Source of the DNA: Candidatus Eiseniibacteriota bacterium
Lineage (GTDB): Bacteria; Eisenbacteria; RBG-16-71-46
Length of the DNA: 64,000 nt
Direction of reading: 5' to 3'
Assembly: GCA_963725865.1 (NCBI GenBank)
Contig: CAVSAC010000011.1
Span: forward strand, 1 to 64,000
Below the pieces are notes generated by a model. The model ran no database searches and was not told where the DNA came from. It saw nothing but the letters and a program-made list of their open reading frames with translations. Positions within the stretch are counted from its first letter, which is position 1. Each line of letters begins with the position of its first letter. The position numbers were made by a program, and so were the translations under genes. Shown here piece by piece: positions 21,667-31,444 of this stretch.

Positions 21667-22341
21667 ATGCTGGTGGGAGTGCTGCTGGCCGCCGGTGCTT
21701 CGAGCCGGATGGGACGCGACAAGGCGCTGGTCAGGAGCGGCGAGGCGTCGTTCGCCGTGCACGGCGTGCGCCACCTGTGGGCGGCGTGCGACGACGTGGT
21801 GGTGGTCCTGGGCGCGCATGCGAGCGCGGTGCAGCGCGGCATCACCGCCGAGTTCGAGGCGCTGGTGGAGCGCGGGGTGCTGCACGAGGACCTGGTCCAG
21901 GCGCACGGCCACGGCGCCCGGGGCCTCGAGTGCCAGTTCGTGGTCAACGCGCGCTGGAAGCGCGGCATGCTCTCGAGCGCGCAGGCCGGCCTCGCCGTCG
22001 CCCTCAAGCGCAAGCCCCAGGGCATCCTGGTGCTGCCGGTGGACCACCCGCACGTGCATCCCGTCACCGTGGCGTCGCTCGGCAACGTGCTGCTGCAGGC
22101 CCTCGCCGCCAACCGGACCACGCGCGACCGGGCCCGCTTCTCGTACGGCCTGGTGCCGCGTCACAAGGGCGAGCGCGGCCACCCGCTCGCGCTCACCCCG
22201 GCGCTGGCGCGCGCCATCGTCGCCGACCGCAAGGCCGGGACCCTGTCGGACGCGGTGCGCCGCAGCGCCCGGCTGGTGGGCTACCTCGACGTCGCCGACC
22301 GGGGCGTCATCGCCAACCGGAACACGCCCTCGGCGCGCTGA
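21667..22341 (+). CDS. mocA: Molybdenum cofactor cytidylyltransferase-like (MocA family)
   Basis: LLAAGASSRMGRDKAL, N.RW..GMLSS, PVDHP, RGHP. Confidence 0.75.
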   Translation: MLVGVLLAAGASSRMGRDKALVRSGEASFAVHGVRHLWAACDDVVVVLGAHASAVQRGITAEFEALVERGVLHEDLVQAHGHGARGLECQFVVNARWKRGMLSSAQAGLAVALKRKPQGILVLPVDHPHVHPVTVASLGNVLLQALAANRTTRDRARFSYGLVPRHKGERGHPLALTPALARAIVADRKAGTLSDAVRRSARLVGYLDVADRGVIANRNTPSAR

Positions 22342-22393
22342 GCGCGGATGGGATCGGGCCGCGGGCGTGCCGACGTCCGCGGCCCGCGCGCGC

Positions 22394-22762
22394 TCAGGGG
22401 CGCGCCGCGCGTCCGAGGCACCACAGCGCGCCGTCCTTCACCTCGAGCGCGAGCCGGGTCAATCCCGAGCCCGCGCACGGCCCCTCGAAGCACGCGCCGT
22501 CGTCGGGCTTGAAGCGCGCGCCGTGGTGGGTGCACACCAGCGCGTCGCCGGCGTCGTCGAAGAACACCGCGTCGCCGAAGTCGAGCGTCAGCCGCTGGTG
22601 GGGGCAGGCGTTCACGTAGGCGTGGAGCGTCCCGCGCCAGCGCACCGCGAAGGCGTCGCGCGACACGCCGTCGAGGCGGATGTGGAAGCGCGCGCCCCGG
22701 CCCTCGCCGAGGCGCCGGGCATCGGGCAGCACCTGCACCACGTCCGCTCCGGGAGTCGGCAT
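22394..22762 (-). CDS. Rieske [2Fe-2S] ferredoxin
   Basis: NACPH ... CTHHGARF....G.CFEGPC. Confidence 0.9.
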   Translation of the reverse strand: MPTPGADVVQVLPDARRLGEGRGARFHIRLDGVSRDAFAVRWRGTLHAYVNACPHQRLTLDFGDAVFFDDAGDALVCTHHGARFKPDDGACFEGPCAGSGLTRLALEVKDGALWCLGRAARP

Positions 22763-22847
22763 GCCGCGCAGGATAGCGCGTGGCGTGGGCGACGCCACCG
22801 TGGGGCGAAGCCGAGCGCGGACGGCGCCGGGGCGGATCCGCGCCGGC

Positions 22848-23798
22848 TCAGCGGATCAGCACCAGCGGCCGGCTGGTGCCGCCGCCGGGACCGATCGCGC
22901 GCACGCGGTAGGCGCCCGCGGCCGCGCGGCCCCCGCGGTCGTCGACGCCGTCCCACGTCCAGACGCGCGGGCCGGGCGCGGTGGCCGGCAGCTCGGCGTG
23001 GCGGATCACGCGACCCATGGCGTCCACGACCTGGATGCGCACCGCGGCCGCGTCGGAGGTCTGCATCCGCAGCGTCACCGGCCCGTGCGCCGGGTTCGGC
23101 GTCGGCGCCGCGAGCTGGACCGCGCCGGCGAGGGGCCGCGGGGCGGCGTCGCGCACCTCCGCCACGCCGTCGGTGAGCAGCACCTCGTCGAGCCCGACGT
23201 CGCCCACCACCGGATCGGGCAGGCGCACGTAGGGGGCGAAGTCGCTGCGCACCAGCACGCGGTCCACCTCGGTGAGCGCGAGCGTGTAGTTGCCGGACAG
23301 TCCGCCGATCAGCGCGAAGCTCGCCGAGTCCGTCAGGTCGACGACGAAGCGCCCCCACTGGCCGCGCGGTGGCACCAGCGCGGTGGTGCACTCCCAGAAG
23401 TTGCCGTTCAACCCGTTGCCGAGCGCGAGGTGGAGCTCGAGCGTGTCCGGTCGGTCCACGTCGTTCAGCCACAGCACGACCTGGGTGATGCCGGCCGCGG
23501 TCCAGTCGCCGGCATAGGGCGGGGTCGCCGCGAACGCGCCGAGATTGCCCGGCAGCGGGCCGGGCACGGCGATGCGGAGGTAGCCATCGCCCGCGCCGAG
23601 CACGCCGCCGGTGCCGGGATTCGAGGTCGGCGCGCCACCGCCCCAGCCCGCGGTCAGCGTGCCGGGGAAGCTCTCGCGGAAGCCCACCGACGGCTGGGCG
23701 AGCGCGGCGCCGGCGAGCGCGGCGTGGACGAGGAGCGCGGCGGCGAGGCGGGCGAGGCCGGCTCGTGGGGCTGGCCATCCGTACGGTCGATGGGGCAT
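22848..23798 (-). CDS. Secreted protein with FlgD-Ig/T9SS-like C-terminal domain
   Basis: Signal peptide (AALA-Q); C-terminal PNP..G...I.VVDAMGRVIR....WTWDGVDDRG...AAGAY. Confidence 0.8.
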   Translation of the reverse strand: MPHRPYGWPAPRAGLARLAAALLVHAALAGAALAQPSVGFRESFPGTLTAGWGGGAPTSNPGTGGVLGAGDGYLRIAVPGPLPGNLGAFAATPPYAGDWTAAGITQVVLWLNDVDRPDTLELHLALGNGLNGNFWECTTALVPPRGQWGRFVVDLTDSASFALIGGLSGNYTLALTEVDRVLVRSDFAPYVRLPDPVVGDVGLDEVLLTDGVAEVRDAAPRPLAGAVQLAAPTPNPAHGPVTLRMQTSDAAAVRIQVVDAMGRVIRHAELPATAPGPRVWTWDGVDDRGGRAAAGAYRVRAIGPGGGTSRPLVLIR

Positions 23799-24068
23799 GT
23801 CGGGCACCTCGGGACGTGTGGGAGGGAAGGTCACACGCCGAGCATGGTGGGCCCGGGCCCCGGGGGCCAGTCTCCGACGCAGGGATCAGCGATCCGTTTA
23901 GTGTCTGGAAATCGGCACGCTCACCTGCCCGCCAACGCGGGTCACGGCCGCGCCGGCGCGCGGCGCGCGCGCGGGCGGTCGGGTGGCGCCGGGCGGAGCT
24001 GGCGGCGCTGGCGGTGGCCACCACCGCCATGGCACACTGCCGCTTCCATCCCACCGCCCGGAGACCCG

Positions 24069-24626
24069 ATGTCCGCCCGACGCCCGCTGATCGCCGTCTA
24101 CGGCAGCGCCACCGCCCGCCCCGGCGAGCCGGTGTACGCCCTCGCCCTCGAGCTCGGACGCGCGCTCGCCCGGGCCGGTGCCGACGTCATGACCGGCGGC
24201 TACTCGGGCGTGATGGAGGCCTGCTCGCGCGGTGCGCTCGAGGCCGGCGGCCACACCGTGGGCGTGACGGTCGAGCTGTTCGAGGCGCGTGGCCCGGTCA
24301 ACGCCTACGTGCGCGAGCGGGTGCACACCCGCGACCTGTTCGAGCGCCTGCGCACCATCGTCACCCGCGCCGACGGCTTCATCGTGGTGCCCGGCAGCGT
24401 CGGGACGCTCGCGGAGCTGTTCCTGACCTGGAACCTGCTCGCCGCGGGCGCACGGCCCGCGGTCCCGCTGGTGCTGGTGGGCGAGCCCTGGGAGCGCTGG
24501 CTCGAGGTCCAGCGCCATCCGCAGCTGGTGTATCCCGAGATGTTCGACCGCGTGCGCGCGGTGCCCGACGCCGCGGCGGCGGTGCGCGCGGTGCTGGATG
24601 GCGCCGCCCGGACGGCCGCGCGCTGA
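24069..24626 (+). CDS. LOG family nucleotide phosphoribohydrolase
   Basis: AVYGS, TGGYSGVMEA, LFERL, PGSVGTLAE. Confidence 0.88.
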   Translation: MSARRPLIAVYGSATARPGEPVYALALELGRALARAGADVMTGGYSGVMEACSRGALEAGGHTVGVTVELFEARGPVNAYVRERVHTRDLFERLRTIVTRADGFIVVPGSVGTLAELFLTWNLLAAGARPAVPLVLVGEPWERWLEVQRHPQLVYPEMFDRVRAVPDAAAAVRAVLDGAARTAAR

Positions 24627-24651
24627 GGCGCGAGCGCCGAGAGAGGACGTG

Positions 24652-25833
24652 ATGGATCCCGACGTGAGCGCCGGCACCGACCGGCTGGTCGAGTGGCGGT
24701 CGGAGTTCCCGACCGTGGAGTCCACGCTCCACTTCATCTCCCACTCGCTCGGCGCCATGCCGCGCGGGGTGGAGGAGGCGCTGCGCCAGTACGCCGTGAC
24801 CTGGAAGACGCGCGGCATCCGCGCCTGGGAGGAGTCGTGGTTCGCGCTCCCCACCCGGGTCGCCGACGTGCTCGCCGAGATCGTCCACGCCGCGCCGGGA
24901 TCGATCTCGATGCACCAGAACGTGACCGACGCCCAGGCGCTCGCCCTCTCGGCCATCGACTTCGTGGCGCCGCGGAACCGCCTGGTGTGCACCGCGGAGG
25001 ACTTCCCCTCGATGCTCTACCTGTACGAAGGCCTGGCGCGCCGCGGCGCCGAGATCGTGCGGGTGAAGGCGCGCGACGGCCACGCGGTGAGCGAGGCCGA
25101 CATCGTCGCGGCGATCGACGAGCGCACCGCGGTGGTGGCGATCTCGCAGGTGCTGTTCCGCACCGCGCAGGTGCTCGACCTGGCGCCGATCGTGGCGCGC
25201 GCCCGCTCCTGCGGCACGCTCACGCTCATCGACGCCTACCAGGCGGTGGGCACGCTGCCCGTGGACGTGACCGCATCCGGCATCGACCTCATGACCGGCG
25301 GCTCGGTGAAGTGGCTGTGCGGCGGGCCCGGCGCGGGCTACCTCTACGTCAGCCCGGCGGTGGCACCGCGGCTGGAGCCGGCCATCACCGGGTGGATGGC
25401 GCACCAGCGCCCGTTCGACTTCGACTCCGGGCCGACGCGGCGCGACGCGGGGGCGCGGCGGTTCTGGACCGGGACGCCCGCGGTGGTGGCGTTCGCGGCG
25501 GCGCGGCCCGGCTACGAGATCGTCGCGCGCATCGGCGTCGAGGCGATCCGCGCCAAGTCCCTGCGCCAGACCGCGCGCATGCTCGCGCTCGCCGACGAGT
25601 ACGGCTTCCGCGTGGTGTCGCCGCGCGCCGACGCGGCGCGGGGCGGCACCGTGGTGATCGACGTGCCGCACGCCGAGGCGGTGTGCCATGCCCTGCTGGC
25701 CGAGGACGTGCTGCTCGACGCGCGGCCGGACGTCGGCCTGCGCCTGGCGCCGCACTTCTACACCCTCGACGCCGAGGTCGAGCGGGTGATGGAGCGCGTC
25801 CGCGACGTGGCGCGCGCCCAGCCGGCGCACTGA
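24652..25833 (+). CDS. Kynureninase-like class V PLP enzyme
   Basis: SHSLGAMP, DFPS, IDAYQAVG, GGSVKWLCGGPG, GWMAH, GTP, LRLAPHFY. Confidence 0.75.
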   Translation: MDPDVSAGTDRLVEWRSEFPTVESTLHFISHSLGAMPRGVEEALRQYAVTWKTRGIRAWEESWFALPTRVADVLAEIVHAAPGSISMHQNVTDAQALALSAIDFVAPRNRLVCTAEDFPSMLYLYEGLARRGAEIVRVKARDGHAVSEADIVAAIDERTAVVAISQVLFRTAQVLDLAPIVARARSCGTLTLIDAYQAVGTLPVDVTASGIDLMTGGSVKWLCGGPGAGYLYVSPAVAPRLEPAITGWMAHQRPFDFDSGPTRRDAGARRFWTGTPAVVAFAAARPGYEIVARIGVEAIRAKSLRQTARMLALADEYGFRVVSPRADAARGGTVVIDVPHAEAVCHALLAEDVLLDARPDVGLRLAPHFYTLDAEVERVMERVRDVARAQPAH

Positions 25834-26000
25834 GGCGCGCCACTTCGACGGTCCGGGCCGCCGGCTCGCGTGGTAGAGTGACCGCGAACGGAGCCGCCCG
25901 CGCCGCGCGCGGGCGAAGGATGCGGCCTCGCCTCGAGTGGCGGGGCCCCGACGCCTCAGCCGCGCGTGCCGTGACGCGCGCGACCAACGGGAGCACGCCC

Positions 26001-26801
26001 ATGGAAGCGGTGGAGACCAAGACCTCGCAGGCGCTGCGCATCGTCCACGAGCCGAGCGTGTACCTGGTGGGCCGCCAGACCCTCGACACGGCGGCGATCG
26101 ACCGGTTCCTCGGCGACCACGAGCTGGCGTGGCAGACCGACACCGAGATCGGCGCCGAGGTGCTGGCCGAGATGGCCGGGCGCGTGTGCTACATGTCGTA
26201 CGGCAAGGGGCGCAAGACCAACGCCGAGTTCCTCGGCCACATCGTCGAGGTGGGGCACGGCTCGGTGCTGGAGCACGCGGTGTGGTCGTTCCTGATCACC
26301 GGCGTGTCGCGCTCGTTCACCCACGAGCTGATCCGCCACCGCCACTTCTCGTACTCCCAGCTCTCGCAGCGCTACGTCGACGAGTCGCAGTCGCCGTACA
26401 TCGAGCCCGACGCGATCGCCGACGACGCCGAGCTGCACGCGATCTGGACCGACGCGGTGAACGCCGCGCGCGCCGCCTACGACCGCCTGGTCGCCGGGCT
26501 CGAGCGCCACTACGCCAGCGAGCCCGACCGCACGCTCCGGCGCAAGCTGGCGCGCCAGGCCGCGCGCTCGGTGCTGCCCAACGCCACCGAGACCAAGATC
26601 TTCGTCACCGGCAACGCGCGCGCGCTGCGCCATTTCATCGAGATGCGCGGCTCCGAGTTCGCCGACGTCGAGATCCGCAAGGTGGCGCTGGCGATGCTGC
26701 GGCTGATGCAGCACGAGTCGCCGTCGATGTTCGGCGACTACCGCACCGAGGCGCTGGCCGACGGCACACTCGTGGTCCGGACCGAGCACCCCAAGGTCTG
26801 A
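26001..26801 (+). CDS. thyX: Flavin-dependent thymidylate synthase
   Basis: AGRVCYMS, GHGSVLEH, SRSFTHELIRHRHFSYSQLSQRY, ARSVLPNA. Confidence 0.95.
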   Translation: MEAVETKTSQALRIVHEPSVYLVGRQTLDTAAIDRFLGDHELAWQTDTEIGAEVLAEMAGRVCYMSYGKGRKTNAEFLGHIVEVGHGSVLEHAVWSFLITGVSRSFTHELIRHRHFSYSQLSQRYVDESQSPYIEPDAIADDAELHAIWTDAVNAARAAYDRLVAGLERHYASEPDRTLRRKLARQAARSVLPNATETKIFVTGNARALRHFIEMRGSEFADVEIRKVALAMLRLMQHESPSMFGDYRTEALADGTLVVRTEHPKV

Positions 26802-26805
26802 CGGC

Positions 26806-27654
26806 GTGGATCTCGGCCCGCGGGTGGCGCTGCGTCCGGTCCTGCGACTGACCGCGGCGGGCGCCGAGCGGATCGAGGACCCGGTGGCGGTCGAGCGAGC
26901 GCTCGAGATCCGCGTCGACGGCCGCGCGCTCGCGGTGACGCTGCGCACGCCGGGACACGACCGCGAGCTCACCCTCGGCTTCCTCGCCGCCGAGGGCGTG
27001 GTGCGCTGCCGCGACGACGTGGCCGGCCTGCGCGAGACTGCCGCCGCCTGCGCCGACCAGCCCGACACCGTCGAGGTGACGCTGGCGCCGGGGGTGACCC
27101 TCGACTGGACCCGGCTCGAGCGCCACTTCGCCGCCACCGCCGCCTGCGGCCTGTGCGGACGGGCCCACCTCGAGGCGCTGCGGGCCGGGCTCACGCCCCA
27201 GCCGCTGGGCCGGCGCATCGACGCCGCCGCGCTGGCGGCCCTGCCGGAGCGCCTGCGGCGCGACCAGATCGCCTTCGCCGCCACCGGCGGGCTCCATGCG
27301 GCGGCCCTGTGTGCCGATGACCTGTCCGTGGACGTGGTCCGCGAGGACGTCGGCCGCCATAACGCCGTGGACAAGGTCTGTGGCACACTGGTGGCTCGCG
27401 GGCGCTACCCCGCCGGCTCCGGACTGTTGTGGGTGAGCGGGCGCGCCGGCGCGGAGCTGGTGCTCAAGGCGGCGCGGGCCCGCATCCCGGCGCTCGCCGC
27501 CGTGGGTGCGCCGACCACGCTCGCCATCGAGCTCGCGGAGGCTGCCGGGATGACGCTGGTGGGCTTCCTGCGGGAGGGTCGCATGAACGTGTACGGCGGC
27601 GGTGACCGCCTTGCGTCGCACGGAAGCGGCGCGTTCCTGGGAAGGGAGCCGTGA
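26806..27654 (+). CDS. fdhD: Moco sulfurtransferase FdhD
   Basis: LRTPG, CGLCG, F..TGGLHAA, REDVGRHNAVDK, SGR. Confidence 0.93.
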   Translation: MDLGPRVALRPVLRLTAAGAERIEDPVAVERALEIRVDGRALAVTLRTPGHDRELTLGFLAAEGVVRCRDDVAGLRETAAACADQPDTVEVTLAPGVTLDWTRLERHFAATAACGLCGRAHLEALRAGLTPQPLGRRIDAAALAALPERLRRDQIAFAATGGLHAAALCADDLSVDVVREDVGRHNAVDKVCGTLVARGRYPAGSGLLWVSGRAGAELVLKAARARIPALAAVGAPTTLAIELAEAAGMTLVGFLREGRMNVYGGGDRLASHGSGAFLGREP

Positions 27655-28793
27655 CCTCGAACAAGTCAGCGGGAACCACCGGCCAGCTGATCCAGCTGTG
27701 CGCGGGATATTTCTCCTTCTACGTCATGACCGGCGTGCTGGTGAAGTACTTCACCGGCGTGCGCCACCCGTCGATGACCGAGATGGCGTACCTGTTCAAC
27801 AACACCATGGGTGGCAGCGCGTTCGCGCTCGCCGTGGTGATCCTGCTCGGCTGGTTCCACCTCAAGTCCAACCGGCGGGTGAAGTGGGGCCCGTGGACCG
27901 TGCCCTCCGAGCTGGCCTACATCCTCCCCTCCGGGGTGTGCACGGCGGTGGTCATCCCGACCACCACGCTCATGTACACGCTGCCGATCTCGGTGATGGT
28001 CGCCATGGTCATCATGCGCGGCAGCATCATCGTCATCAGCCGGCTGGTGGACGAGGTGCAGATCCGCCAGGGGATCCTCAGGAAGCGCGTCTACGCCGAG
28101 GAGAACTGGGGCGTGGTGTTCGCGTTGCTCGCGGTGGCCACCAACGTGCTGCTGCTGCCGATCGTCGGCATGCTCGAGGCGCGCGGCGCGCACGTCGCGG
28201 CGGCGTTCGGGCTGGCCCCGGCGCTGGGCAAGAACCAGTTCGACTTCATCCACAACGGTGCGGCGCTGACCATCATGGCGCTCTACATCGTCGCCTACAC
28301 CATCCGCATCTACATCATGAACTTCTTCAAGAACACGCGCGCCAAGGGCGTGGAGCTCGACAACAAGGGCTTCTTCGCCTTCGAGCAGATCGCGGCCTCG
28401 GGCACCATGGTGCTGGTGACGCTGTTCTTCTTCCTGTCGCCGCGGTGGTTCGGCTGGCAGGACGAGCGCATCCAGATGTTCGCCGGCGCGGTCGCGAAGC
28501 CCGACCTGTGGGCGTTCCTGTCCGGCGTACCGTACGGCGCGGTGGCGTTCTTCTCGGTGTTCATCTTCATGTTCAAGGGGCGCACCGCCACGTTCGCCGG
28601 ACTGGTGAACCGCCTGACCTCGCTGGTCGCCGGCATCACCTCGACGCTGCTGCTCGCGCTGCTGTTCGGCATGAAGTGGCCGTCGGCCCAGGACTGGGCC
28701 TCGGTGGTGTTCATCCTGGTCGCGGTGTGGTTCCTGACCCGCGCCGAGAAGCGCCGCACCGCCGAGCTGGCGGCGGAGCGCGCGGCGGCCTAG
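27651..28793 (+). CDS. Uncharacterised ~10-TM membrane protein (possible DMT-fold transporter)
   Basis: 380 aa, about 10 hydrophobic segments, strong host-type codon bias. Confidence 0.7.
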   Translation: MTSNKSAGTTGQLIQLCAGYFSFYVMTGVLVKYFTGVRHPSMTEMAYLFNNTMGGSAFALAVVILLGWFHLKSNRRVKWGPWTVPSELAYILPSGVCTAVVIPTTTLMYTLPISVMVAMVIMRGSIIVISRLVDEVQIRQGILRKRVYAEENWGVVFALLAVATNVLLLPIVGMLEARGAHVAAAFGLAPALGKNQFDFIHNGAALTIMALYIVAYTIRIYIMNFFKNTRAKGVELDNKGFFAFEQIAASGTMVLVTLFFFLSPRWFGWQDERIQMFAGAVAKPDLWAFLSGVPYGAVAFFSVFIFMFKGRTATFAGLVNRLTSLVAGITSTLLLALLFGMKWPSAQDWASVVFILVAVWFLTRAEKRRTAELAAERAAA

Positions 28794-28811
28794 CGGCAGC
28801 CGGGCCTGGAG

Positions 28812-28854
28812 CACGGAGCCCCGGGCGGTGTCACCGTCCGGGGCTCCGGCGCGC
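28812..28854. repeat. 43-bp hairpin, copy 1 (terminator/REP-like)
   Basis: CACGGAGCCCCGGGCGGTGTCACCGTCCGGGGCTCCGGCGCGC; 41/43 identical to 31393-31435. Confidence 0.85.
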
Positions 28855-28960
28855 GCGGGGCGCCGCCATCCCGAAATCAGGTGCTGCATCGCCAGCGCCA
28901 TCGCGGTAGCTTCGCGTCAGCCCCCTGCGATCCTGACTCGACCGGGTCGGGGAGAGTGCG

Positions 28961-31373
28961 ATGAGGCCGCTCCACCCAGTTCCTGTCGCTGGCGCCGCCG
29001 CGCTGCTGCTGAGCGCGATGTTCGCCGCCACCCCGGTGCTCGCGCGCTCCACCGACCGCGCCGCCACCCTGCCCGGCTGGGCGCTCGCCGGAGGAGCCTG
29101 GTCGAGCGCCTTCTCCGCGCCCGCATTCGATGGCCGAGTGGGCGTGCTCCTCGACGCGGGGCCGCGCCTGATCGCGGGCGGCGAGTTCACTCGGGTCGGC
29201 CGGGTCGCCGCTTCGTCCGTGGCGGCCTGGGACGGCGCACACTGGTCCGCGCTCGGAGACGGCCTCGACGGACCCGTGGACGCGCTCGCGCTCGCCCCCG
29301 ACGGTCTGGTGGCATCGGGTCGCTTCGAGCGGTCGGGGAACCGTGCCTGCCACCGCGTCGCGCGCTGGGACGGTGCGGCGTGGTCGCCGCTGGGTGATGG
29401 GCTCGACGGCGACGTGTCCGCGCTGCTGCCGGCCGACAGCGGCCTGGTGGCGGTGGGCGACGTGGCGCTTCCCGGCGATCCCGCGCGGCTCTCGCTGGCG
29501 CGGTGGGATGGCACCCGGTGGCGTGCGGAGGCGCCTGGGCTCGCGGGCCGGATCCTCTCGGCGGTGCGCTTCCGCGGCGACGTGTGTCTGACCGTGGTGG
29601 GGCCGACCGAGGCCGAGGCGGCGGTGCTGCGCCGGCGGGGGCCAGGGTGGGATACCCTGGGCGTGCTGCAACGGATCAGCTCAGGGACCCCGCGTCTGGT
29701 GGTGCACGGCGGGGAGCTCTACGCGCACGGGGGCTTCCGCGTCGACGGCGCCGTGCTCGCGGTCCTGCGTCTCGCCGACTCGGTGTGGGTGAGCGACGTG
29801 AAAGTCGAAGGCATGGCGCTCCACGGCGTGAGCACGCCCTGGGGGCTGGCCATGTTCGGGGGGTTCAGTGGCGCGAGCGCGTCCTGGTCGATGGCCATCA
29901 TGCGCGGGCTCGGGGCGCGGATGCTCGATCGGGTGCCCCAGCCGAGCGTGGACGCCTCCACCATGTGGGCGGGCCGGTTGGTCTACATCGGACGCGTGCT
30001 CAGGGCGGTCGGGACGCACGCCGGACCCCTCATGGCCGGCCCGGTCGCATTCGACGGGGAGAGTTGGACCGAGCTGCGCGATCGGGCCGACGACGGCGCG
30101 GGATTGCGCGACGAGCAGACCGCGGTGGATCTCGCCGCCGTGGTCGCGTCGGGCGACACGCTCCTGACGATGGGGGCCGTCTGGCGTTACGCCTTCGGCC
30201 CGGGTGGCTGGAGCGAGGCCGGTCAGCTCCTGCGCTGGTCGGACGCCGGGTGGACGACGGCCTGCGGCCTTCGAGCCGGGCTGGCTTCCTCGGCGGCCTG
30301 CTTCGCGGGTGACCTGTGGGTGGGGCTCGCGACGCCCGACTGGTGGGGGAGCGCCCACTCATGTCGGCCGTTGGACCGGCTCCGGATGGCGGGACGGGGT
30401 CGGTGTGGTGGACGGTCCGGTCACCGACATGACCGTGACGCCGCTCGGCCTGGTGGTGGCCGGCTCATTCCTCCACGCGGGCGGCCTGCGCGTGCCGGGC
30501 ATCGCGGTCCACAACGGCGTGGGGTGGCGCGCGGTCTGGGGACTCGACACCGCGAGCGTCGTGACCTGCCACGCATTCGCCGAGGGTGCGCTCTGGCTCG
30601 GCGGCACGCTGCCCGGCCTCGGCGCGCTCGCGCGCTGGGACGGCAGGACGCTCGCCGCCGGCTCCGCCGTCAGGATCGACGCGCTGGGCGAGCAGGGCGG
30701 GCGTCTGATCGCCGCGGGACGCTTCACCGTCGACGGCCTGGAGCAGGAGGGCGTGGCGCTGCGCGCGGGCGATGCCTGGCGGATGCTGGCGGCGCCCGGG
30801 CTCGCGGTCCGCGGGGTGCGCCGCTTCACGGCCTCGACGGATGCACTCTACGCGCTCGGCGAGCTCAGCCTGGACGGCGTGCCGCTCGGGCCGGGCGTGG
30901 CACGGTGGGACGGGCTGACGTGGAGCTCGCTCGGCGCGGACGTGGACGGGCCCGGCGAGGCGATCATCCGCGACATCCGTGCCTGGCACGGCGACCTGTG
31001 GATGGCGGGGCGGTTCTCGAGCGTGGGCGGCATCGCGTCCTACGGCGTGGCGCGCTGGTCCCCGGGCGCGACTGCGGGGACGGAGGGTGGCGTGCACGCG
31101 CGGCTCGAAGCGCCAGCGCCCGATCCGTTCACGACCTCGATGGTGCTCTCCTTCACGCTGCCGCACGCGGGTGGGACGCGCATCACCGTTCACGATCTCG
31201 CGGGCCGCCGGATGCGCACGCTGGTCGCGGGTGCCCTGTCACCGGGGGCGCACCACCTCGAGTGGGACGGCCGCGATGCGGAGGGCCGCGCACTGCCGCC
31301 CGGCGTGTACCTCGCGCGGCTGCAGTTGGCGGGCGAGCCCGCGCAGGTGCGCCGCGTGGTGCGGCTGCGCTGA
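28961..31373 (+). CDS. Secreted beta-propeller-repeat protein with FlgD-Ig-like CTD (indel near 30360)
   Basis: Signal peptide; repeats GG.F...G......VA.WDG..WS.LG.G.DG.V; CTD PDPF..I.VHDLAGRRMRTL..G.H..EWDGRD..G..LP.GVY. Confidence 0.85.
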
Positions 31374-31392
31374 CCGGATCCCGAGCCGACAA

Positions 31393-31435
31393 CACGGAGC
31401 CCCGGACGGTGTCGCCGTCCGGGGCTCCGGCGCGC
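31393..31435. repeat. 43-bp hairpin, copy 2 (between convergent genes)
   Basis: CACGGAGCCCCGGACGGTGTCGCCGTCCGGGGCTCCGGCGCGC. Confidence 0.85.
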
Positions 31436-31444
31436 TCGGCGCGC

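Noticed and set aside
28812..31435. Integron cassette (attC sites)
   Set aside because: The hairpins lack RYYYAAC/GTTRRRY ends and extrahelical bases, and no integrase is present; kept only as a duplicated-hairpin finding.
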